From NCBI GenBank assembly GCA_001244265.2, contig CDLV01000017.1:1-64000 (forward strand): 64,000 nucleotides of DNA, written 5' to 3'. The notes beneath the pieces are model-generated. The model was not told where the DNA came from. It searched no databases and saw nothing but the letters and a program-made list of their open reading frames with translations. The position numbers were made by a program, and so were the translations under genes. Numbering within the stretch: position 1 is the stretch's first letter; each line of letters begins with the position of its first letter. Shown here in pieces: positions 50,118 through 64,000 of the stretch. Origin of the DNA: Microbotryum violaceum (Eukaryota).

Positions 50118-52293
50118 TTAGATGAGATCGGCCTGTGACAAAAGAAAAAGAGCACATCAGAGTTAGTTTCGCCCAACATCGACACAACAAGACTACACGA
50201 CGGCCACGCGCGCGCGCGCCCACCCCCAACTCACGATCTGCATCGGCATTTCGTCAACCTGAGTCTGGTAAAACCTCTCAATGTCACGAAGGGCGGGTAC
50301 GTCCTCGGTTGCAACAAAGTTAATAGCCACACCCTTGCGACCGAATCGACCACCACGTCCGATGCGATGAATGTAGTTCTCTCTCGAGGTGGGCAAGTCG
50401 TAATTGATGACGAGCGAAACCTGTTGAACGTCGATACCACGGGCCAAGAGATCGGTCGTGATGAGCACGCGCGACGAACCGGATCGGAATTCCTTCATGA
50501 TGACCTCGCGTTGTTGTTGTTCCATATCGCCGTGCATGGCCGAGACGGTGAATTCGCGCGCTTGGAGTTTCTCCGTCAACCAGTCGACCTTTCTGCGCGT
50601 GTTGCAAAAGATGACGGCCTGGGTGATCGTAACGGTCTCGTACAAGTCGGACAAGGTGTCGAGCTTCCATTCCTCCTTCTCGACGGCGATGTAGAACTGC
50701 TTGATACCTTCGAGCGTCAACTCGTCGCGCTTGACGAGGATGCGAATCGGGTCGCGCATGAACTTGGTCGTGACCTCCAACACCTCGGCGGGCATGGTGG
50801 CGGAGAGCAAGACGACCTGGGTCGTAGGGGGCAAGAGTTGGAAGACGTCGTAGATCTGATCTTTGAAACCGCGCGAGAGCATCTCGTCGGCCTCGTCGAG
50901 GCAGAAGATCTTGATGTGATCCGTCTTGAGCGCGCGGCGCTGGATCATGTCAAAGACTCGGCCGGGAGTTCCGACGACGATGTGCACGCCTTCTTGCAAC
51001 TTGGCCATGGCCTCGCGAACCGAGGTACCACCGACGGCGGAGAAGCATTCGATGTTCATGTAGTCACCGAGGGCGACAACGACCTTTTGGATCTGCTGGG
51101 CCAACTCGCGAGTGGGGGCGAGGACGAGCGCCTGGCACTGCTTGAGTGAGACGTCGATCGACTGCAGGATCGAGATGGAGAAGGTCGCGGTCTTGCCGGT
51201 TCCGGATTGGGCCTGGGCAATGACGTCGTGGCCGGCGATGACGGGCATGATGGCACGTTGCTGGATGGCCGAGGGTCGCTCGAAACTGGCAACCGAAGAA
51301 TGGAGACGACGGTCAATCTCGGGGTGGTGGGGGCACTGAGCCAGAATGTGCAAGCAAGGAGCAAGCTTACCCGTAGGCGTAAATACCACGGAGCAACTCG
51401 GGACGCAAGCTCATGTCGTCAAAGTTCCTATGAGGCGCGGAAAGAAAGGAGACCTGGCGAATCAGCTCGACTCCCGATTGAAAGGGGAAGGATCCAGACG
51501 AAAGACTCACTCGACGACTTGGTCCCAGCTTTAAAAGCGAACAAATTGCGCAAATCAATTAGAGCAATCGAAAGTCAGTTATATTGACGTGTTTCATGAG
51601 CCAGCCCTTTTCGACGGCTTCGGGGGGTTATACCGGCCCCGACGGCGCCTCCAGGGACGACTCACTTGGACTCGATGACGGCCTCATCGGGGTCAGAGAC
51701 ACCCGCAGCTCCGGACGAAGCGGCAGGGGCAGCTCCAGCAGCGGGAGCAGCAGCGGCGGCGGGGGCCGACTCGGTAGCGGCGGGCGCAGCGTCCCTGCAG
51801 CGAAAGAGAGCGGGCAAAAAAACGGGGGCGCAACGCCGCGCGAGTCAGTCGCACAATTCAAACGGGGCCAACGCCGGCTGTCGCGGCCTGTTTTCCCAGC
51901 GGTTCGGTCGATCGAGTTGGAGTGATGTAGGTCGATCGAGGTGCACGACTCAAGGCAGAGGTCGTTCAAGAAGTGGTGTCGGGTTGCAGCAGCCCGACAG
52001 GGGTCGTGCGGTCGGCGGTGGCGTTGCAGATCGTTGCGCTCCGTCGACGACATGTCGTAGTCGTCGTCGTCGTCGTCGCTGGCTCGCGGGTGCCTGCGGG
52101 TGCCGCCTAGGCGTTGGTTGGCTTCGAGTTTCGCACCGCCGCCGCTGCTTCGTCACACCCACGCGCGCGCGGCGGCCTCACTGTCGGATTGGGAGCGAGC
52201 GACGAAGCGCATTCAAAGAGCGCGCGTTCGGTTCGGTTGCGAAGAGAAGAGAAGCGATACTCACTTGGACGCGGCGGGTGCAGTGGAAGCCAT
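50118..52293 (-). CDS. TIF1: Translation initiation factor eIF4A, DEAD-box helicase (multi-exon)
   Basis: [63 protein letters not shown], and final exon ADLI*. Confidence 0.96.
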
Positions 52294-52719
52294 GATGGGT
52301 GGTAGATGTGGGCTGGGCTGCGGGGTGGGTTATTCCTTGACAGACTAGCCACTGTTATGGGACGTCTGTGAAAGAATGCGCTGGGAAGGTTGGGCCAGGA
52401 GCAGACCCACGCTGGGTGCGCGCAGCTCGATCAAAAGCACGAAAAAGCGTCAGTTTGTAATGGCGCACCCCACTACTGGATTAGAGTCCTCCACAGTTTT
52501 GGGCGCACGTTTTGGGCGCGCGTGCGGTTGCGAAGGCGCGCAGGCCGAAAAACATCTCCCCGTTACGTCTGGCTTGCTTGGGAAAACTAATGGGAAATGA
52601 AATGCGCGCGGGCAGGTGCGGGTGAATCCGCTTGGCTGCTGCCGCTCCGGCTCTCTACCCGCTCCAGCACGCACCACCCAAACCACCATCCCATCCCATC
52701 CCAAACCCCCTACTTTACC

Positions 52720-53338
52720 ATGTCGTGGCGCGGAACATTGACGTGAGTGTGGGAGGACGATGATGACGCTGGCAAGTTGTTGTAGACTGATGCCTGTTTG
52801 CTTCTGCCCATGATCGATGTTGCGTTGTGCCCGATTCGACTGCGCCCATCTGACGTCCCACCAATGAAACGAACCCGTGGACGGTGCCTCGTCCAACGAC
52901 CTTGCACCTGATGTCCTCTCTCGGATTACTATACCATACTGCGTGCCTCCGACAATGACGTTACGCTCGTGCTCGCCTCTACTCTGTCTCTCTAATCCCA
53001 TTCGACCCGCCTCGTCCTCACCTCGACCCCCATCCGTTCGTCGGATTTGCTCCTGACCAGTTTCAACAAGTACATCCAAATCGCGGGCCGAGCGACTCGC
53101 CAAGCGTTGAAAGAGGAGGAGCGCGTCAAGGCCGAACGACGCGGCGACATCACCCTCAAGTGGCAGACGTGGAAGAACGGCAAGGCCTCGGCTGCTGTGA
53201 GTTGGAACCTGCACACGCACACGCACACCACTCGCGAGTTTGGTTCGGCGCCACTGATTTCAGATGTGTGCCTTCTTTTCTTTTTTTCCGGGTGTGCAGG
53301 AATGGGTCGTTGCGCCTGTTGTCGAGGAGTCTAAATAG
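52720..53338 (+). CDS. ATP15: Mitochondrial ATP synthase F1 epsilon subunit, 3 exons
   Basis: MSWRGTLT|FNKYIQIAGRATRQALKEEERVKAERRG..LKWQTWKNGK..|EWVVAPVVEESK*. Confidence 0.88.
52751..52920 (+). ncRNA. Candidate intronic box C/D snoRNA in ATP15 intron 1
   Basis: Box C ATGATGA at 52760-52766, box D CTGA at 52908-52911, terminal stem GGGAGGAC/GTCCTCTC, internal CTGA at 52787 and 52850. The host intron is unusually long (~318 nt). Confidence 0.65.
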
Positions 53339-53639
53339 ACGCGGGAAGGCTGGTAGCTCGTTGGGCTCATAACCCTAACCCTCTGGAATCCTACTCACTC
53401 TGTTCTCGTCCCGTTCCATTGGACTGAGTCGTGGTCTTCATCAGTTACCACATGAGAACATTCTGCGACAGGTTATGAGCCCAACGAGCTACCACGGGGA
53501 CGGTGATTGGCAAGAATACCAATACGACTTGACGGTTGATCGGGCTGATGAAGAAACACCGATACAAAACTTGGACGGGTGATCGGCTTGAAGAAGACCG
53601 ATACGCCGAGGACTTGTGAGGATGAGGACTTGTGACGAC

Positions 53640-53762
53640 TTGAGCATTTCACTACATGACAACGAGTCCCTTTCACATCCCAGCGCGTCCTCTTTTCTGT
53701 GTATTCGCTTCCTTTCGTTTCTAATGTGAAAGGGATTCGTTGTCATGTAGTGAAATGCTCAA
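53640..53762. repeat. Long inverted repeat/hairpin, 39-bp arms with a 45-nt loop
   Basis: TTGAGCATTTCACTACATGACAACGAGTCCCTTTCACAT and its reverse complement, with a single G-T mismatch. Confidence 0.92.
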
Positions 53763-54062
53763 TCAACTTCTTGGGCAAATGCCACTGGTTCGTTGGGGAG
53801 ACACGAGGTCGATCGAGAGCAGTCCCAGAGATGAGCCGCACGAGAAGGTACGTGACGATCAAGTGAAATGACGCAAGCCCACCAAGACATCTCGTGAACA
53901 TGCATCTCAGCTCAAACCGGTGGCCTGAACCGTCTTGATATTCCTGGAGCTGATCGCGCCCAAGATGACCCGCGTGAGATGCAGCCAGGCTTGTATCTGT
54001 GGGCCGTTAGTCGTGGCCCCTCTTTGCGCTCATCCCGCTCACTTCCCTCTCCAACAACCGAC

Positions 54063-56069
54063 ATGGCCAGCTGGGATTTTGTGCGTACCACATACCTCCA
54101 AGCCCATGCTGCATCTCCTGATCTCGTAGATAGGTCGGGTGCGACGAGGTACTCGTTTCGGCCGGGTTGCCTTGCCCTCCGTCGTTGTCGTCATTTCGTC
54201 CCCCCGTCCGGCGTGGTGAGGATCGCTCAGCACTCTGGACGCCTTGCCCGGGGATCACCGCTCCACAGTCTCATCGTGTCCGTCGAGATTAGAGCGGATC
54301 CAGAATGGACCGCGCTACGGCACACTGCTATGTAATAGGGGAAGACCCCATCCCCGGGACGATCCCCGGTACATCCACGTGACTATCATCATCAGGTCGA
54401 CGACTCCCTTCCTTTCCCAACCACTGAATCTCAACCGCCACCGCCAAACTCCTCCTCCCATTTAATTTCCAAAGCTAAACCCTCTTCATCTCCTAATCTC
54501 CCCCTTTTCTACCCCTCTCTTGCGTTGCGCAGATTCAGAAACAGATTTTGCTCGGTGACGCGGCGACGGGCAAATCGTCCCTTTTGGTTCGATTGACTGA
54601 CGATCGCTTCCTCAATCACTCTGAACCTACGTACGTGAATTGTATTCCCCAAGAGCTTTCAATTAGTATCTTCTTCCTTCGTTATTCGAAGGCGTTGATG
54701 CTACGATCTGGTCGACGTAGAGTGGGGGGAGGACCGGAAACTGAATTTTCAGATTCACTGATACCCTTCGACAACCTAATCGCACAGTATTGGCGTCGAA
54801 TTCGGATCGAGGTTGGTTGAGCTTACCGAAGGGGAGGACAAGGGGAAGAAAGTCAAGTTGCAAATTTGGGTCAGTCCCTCTTACCTTCTTCCCTCTTCCC
54901 TCGTCTCGGGAGGGCTTGTCTTTGGGTTGGCTTTACTCTCGAAGCTCAAGCTGACTTGGCCAAGTTGACTCTTTTTGGCATGTGGGATTTTGAGAAACGT
55001 TTAGGATACAGCTGGACAGGTCAGTACCTTTTCCTCGAGATGCGCTTACGCTCTACAAAATGCCTAGAACAGCGTCTCTGGTCTGTGTGGCCCCCTTCGG
55101 AGCCTTGTAATTAACTGATCTCTTCTCTCCTTTCCCCATCCTCCCTCGCGATTCCGATTCCGATTCCGCACTCACCAGGAATCCTTCCGGTCAATAACAC
55201 GTAAGCTCTCCAAAGAAAAAACTAGTTACAATCCCTCTATCCCTCAAGAAACCTACTCCCTGACCCGTAACCCGGCATATCCCCCCCCCTCACCTCCTCA
55301 CTGCAGGATCCTATTACCGAGGTGCCGGCGGTGCACTACTCTGCTTCGACCTAACCTCCCGATCAACTTTTTTATCCTGTCAAAGTTGGTTAACCGATCT
55401 TAAACAATGGGGTGAAGAAGATCTTTTGGTTTTGGTGGTTGGTAATAAGAAGGATTTGATTAGGTCTCCAAGACGACGACGACGAAGTTCGCGAGACGAG
55501 GTGGTGGAGGAGGAGGAGGTGGAGGAAGGGAGAAGTGGAACTGAAGAAGGATCTTTGATGGTTGTTGGGGAGTGGATAGAAGGGGAAGTGGAAGAGGAAG
55601 ATGGTGAACGAAGGATCGTCCCTGGTGGTGGTGGTGATGATGTTGGTGGGGTGGAAGAGTTGAGGAAAGAAGTACAAGCTTGGGTTGAGGAACAAGGATT
55701 GGCAGGTTACGTAGAGACGTCAGCTAAAGATGGTGAAGGAGTACAAGAGGTGCGTTTTTTTTTTTTGTTTTTTTTTTCATGCAGATTATCTTTTCCTTTT
55801 CTGCCCCTGCTTCATTTTTGGTCAAAGCTTTAAAAAACAAATCACGTCATGACTTTTTTTTTTGGCATCGGAGCTTACACTTTCTTTCTTCCCCCCCCCC
55901 CCCGCTCTCCCAGGCATTTAACGAACTCACAAGAAAGGTCCACGAGAAGCACCAAAAAGCGCTGTCTGCTCAACGCGCTCGAGGAGGTTCGAACGGTTCG
56001 AAAGGGTTTAGATTGACAAGAGGAGGAAGAGCATCGAAGACGAACGAAGGGGGTGGGGGGTGTTGTTAG
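54063..56069 (+). CDS. Rab GTPase, Rab2/4/14-like (multi-exon, with microexons)
   Basis: GDAATGKSS, PT|IGVEFG, KLQIW|DTAGQ|ESFRSIT|RSYYRGA, VGNKKDL, ETSAK, and a C-terminal CC prenylation motif. Confidence 0.9.
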
Positions 56070-56652
56070 TTTGGGAGGGTCGAGAGGATTTGCTTTTTGT
56101 ATATATTTGGCTGGAGGGGAAACTTCCTTTCAGTAGTAGTGTATGTTCGTATGGATGTTTGGAAGGACTATCGATTCCGGAATTGCTCCGAGAGTTGGGA
56201 TGGGGTTCACAGATCGGATAATCACTAACCGCTTGCAACATATTGAGCGCCCTTAACTATCCCTGGCCCTCAGCTATAGACGAGATGCAATGAAAGGTAG
56301 AGACCGGTTTCTGAATTTCGACGGAATGGGCGGTAAGTTTTTTATTTCACCAGAGGGAAATTGACCTGCCTCCTTAACCCCTGATTATTGAGTCATGGAA
56401 CGACCAGTACCAGGTAATTTATAGAAAGCGATTTGGGTTTGGCGTTCGGCGCTAAGCAGAAAAACCCACGCTCGGGGCTTTCAGTAAATTTCGGGCCACA
56501 GGTGCGAGGGTCGGGGGACTCGGGACGCGTGCGAGCGCGTGCGCGGGTGCGGCCGGGGTGCACTTTTGGAATCTGATCATCATCTTACCTACCATACAAG
56601 CAAAGCTCCGCTTGTTGACCCTTCCACCGTTGCCTCTCTCTCTTGAGTAGGG

Positions 56653-61481
<4,829 letters not shown>

Positions 61482-62048
61482 AATGGTGGCCCACTTCGTT
61501 CTCATCCTCTCATTTTTTCTTTTCTTTCCTCCCTCGCCCGCAAGGCCTGCCGGGGACCGATTGATATATTCGCTTCCTAATACCGAACCTCCTGTCAACT
61601 AGCTTTTGTCTGTATACCGCCCTCGTCGTACCATTGTTTTCTTTTACTTCTTTTTTGCATTTTTTGATCCCCCCTTGTCCCTGTGAGGTGCCGTATCTCT
61701 TTTGGACCGTCGATGCAGGTCTTGAGCCCTTAGAAAAGAAAACCTTGACTCCTCGGTATTGCGTGCGGGATTTGTACTTCAATGAGGGTCTACAGGCATG
61801 TATGAACCAGCTTGAAATCGTTTCACGATCGACATCGAGCGTTTCTTATACCCTCCCCGAGCGATAGGTTGTCGTTCTCTCAAAAGAGGTCCGTCTCAAA
61901 CCTCGCGCTTCTACCGTTCTTCTCCGCTCTGTGAAAAATAGTGGACGGCCATGATTGCCAATGCTTTCAGAACTGATTAATCATACTTTCAAACTGAGTA
62001 TGCCTCGTCTCATAAATAAAAATAAATAAAAAAATGTAGTGACAGGGA

Positions 62049-64000
62049 TCAGACCACACCTCTCCACCCTCTCCCTACTCTCTCCACAGCGCCCCTGACC
62101 CCGTCCACCATCGTTGAGGATCTCGATCGTGCCGAAGCCGCGACAGCGAACAAGGCGACTGGAACGTCCCTCAACAATTCGTACGCGGCGAGGTACTGAT
62201 TCCCGTAAACGATCGAAGCGAGCCATGTTGTTGATTGAGGGTTGAATATGAACGCTCTGGACTTGGGACTTGGCGGTGGGGGTAAGAGTCCTGCTAGGGA
62301 TGCTGAGGAGAGTAGACCGATTGCTGTTGAAGAGGAGGAGACGGCTTGGGTGGAGCTTGGAGGTGACCGGACGGGTAAGTCGAGGATCAGGGGTCGGAGT
62401 TCCGAGATGGCGATGAGGATCGAGTCCAGTGGTAGTCTGGTATTCATACTTCGGGTCAGACGAATTCGACATTGGTAAAAGAATGAAAGCAAGAGCAACT
62501 CACCCCTCACGCCAAGAAGCGACCCATGCTTCACCAGGAACGAATCCATTCTTGCCCACGAAGGGTGCATCCTCGTCTAAATCACCAGCATCCAGCGATG
62601 TCCTCCTCGACTGATCCTCCGACGCCCTCGTCGACGCCAAAGGATCCGTCTCGTTCGTACCTTCAGGTACAGATGAGTCCGTCGGTCCCAACGACAGATC
62701 CGCGACCGATATCGTCTCCAACGACGCTCCTCGTTGCCTTCTCTTCCCCCTCTGCTTCTCCGACAACTCGTCCCCTTCCTCCGTCGCCCCACTCGTCGAC
62801 GACGACCTCCTCCGCGTCCCAATTTCGACCATCTCCCCCTCCGTATGGGCCATCGCCGCAGCCTTTCTCAACTTCCGTTCAGCCTTGAGTCTTCTTGCTT
62901 CGGCAACGCCCATCTCCAAGGTGAACTTGCTCAGTTCGTCGAATCGTTGGTGGTTCCGCAGGATGGCGTAAACGAGCTCAGGGTTATCCGATAGTTGGTG
63001 ATGTATGACGTTGTTGAACGCTTCGAGGAGATAATACACCAATCGAGGGTTACCCTCTTCCATCAACAGAAAGTTCGGTGCGGAGAAAGCCAGAAAGAGT
63101 TGCGTGAGCCGCGTCGATGCAACGGTTGAGAGTTGCTTGAAATGGGGGGATGCGTTCGTGATGGAGAGGACGAGGGTAGGGTAAAAAGGTGCGATCTTTC
63201 CTTTGGTTGTGAAGACGAGGGTATAGATCGATACGACCAAGAAGTCAGCTAATGACCCCGGTACGCCGTATTTGCTGCGCAGGGAGAGCTTCATCTCGAC
63301 GGGGGCGTTCCAACGTGTCGACAGGCCAGGCTCGGCCGAAATGGACTGCAGCATGAAGGCGGACAACCGAACGACGCCCAGTTGTGCTGCACATAGTCGC
63401 GGTAACATCAGCCAGGGCCGAATCTCGGGAAGCCAATTGACGCGACTCACTCTCATCATCCTTGTACTCAAGGCAAAATGCCATAAGCAGCACTATCAAC
63501 TGACTGCTCAGTTCCTCCTTCTCCCTGGAAACCCATTTCCACAGCTTAGGATTCAGGTCAAGCATCCTCCAAAGCACGATTAACGCGTTCGTCACGTCGG
63601 CATTGACGCTCGTCGTTTTTCTCGTCGTCGTATTGCGCCCTGTCGCCCCCGACAAGGCCCCGACGACCGTGCGCGGGATCGCCAAAGCCGATTCGTTCGT
63701 CGCTTGGTCGAGGACGTGTAACACCCCTCGGACGACGAGATCAAAGTCGCTCGTTCGATGCAATTTCGAGACGTAGTAAGCAAACGAATTGACTTCGGAT
63801 TGGCGGGCCGATTGCTCCGTTACCGGATCCGAGGATGGGATATGATGTTGAGCTAACAAGATCGAGAGCGATTGCAGACACGCTGATACGAGCAGCCCCC
63901 GAACATCTTCTGCGCCGAGCCGCATCACCGCACCTCCGATTATCCCGGCGGCCCCGCTGGCGGCACCTAGGAGAGCCGAGGCCTTGCCTTTGGAAAGGCT
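62049..64000 (-). CDS. HID1/Ecm30-family protein, 3' part (5' end beyond window)
   Basis: GSLADFLVVSIYTL, ASTRLTQLFLAFSAPNFLL, NPELVYAILRNHQRF, FVPGEAWVASWREG|LPLDSILIAISEL. Confidence 0.85.

Noticed and set aside
24352-52293. Ribosome-biogenesis cluster near the rDNA (UTP21, RLP24, eIF4A)
   Set aside because: These genes are interspersed with unrelated ones and the functional class is large, so there is no evidence beyond chance.
53370-53382. TAACCCTAACCCT telomere-like repeat
   Set aside because: Only two units, at an internal position.
54081-54531. H/ACA snoRNA in the long Rab intron 1
   Set aside because: Some hairpins and ACA triplets are present, but I could not place a clear H box or two-hairpin layout by eye.

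Overview
Eukaryotic fungal DNA with many short introns. The 5S rRNA type and gene style suggest a Pucciniomycotina basidiomycete, probably Microbotryomycetes (inference). Bases 1-~7200 are one rDNA unit on the minus strand: partial 28S, ITS2, 5.8S, ITS1, 18S carrying a 464-nt group IE intron at site S1199, an IGS with 21-bp subrepeats, and a co-oriented 5S gene. The unit then runs into unique DNA, so this looks like the edge of the array. The accessory zone at 7.4-23.3 kb holds five things: (1) an AFF/Ebp1-CHD-like gene; (2) an apparently intact 7-exon, ~1030-aa gene ending in a TET/JBP-like 2OG-Fe(II) dioxygenase domain; (3) an adjacent co-oriented gene with Mutator/WRKY-GCM1-like zinc DNA-binding repeats; (4) HIS3 followed by a ~1.1-kb segmental duplication with broken aspartic-protease copies; (5) an internally deleted hAT transposon. 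The rest is compact gene space: a small 4-Cys gene, UTP21, Rad1 (9-1-1 clamp), a ZUP1/Mug105-like peptidase, a stand-alone A-T-C-T NRPS (siderophore-like), an S/P-rich protein, SYF1, RLP24, eIF4A, ATP15 with an intronic box C/D snoRNA candidate, a 39-bp-arm hairpin, a Rab2-like GTPase, a KDM4/Rph1-like demethylase and a partial HID1. All gene models were spliced by eye and family calls come from recognised motifs. No database searches were run.
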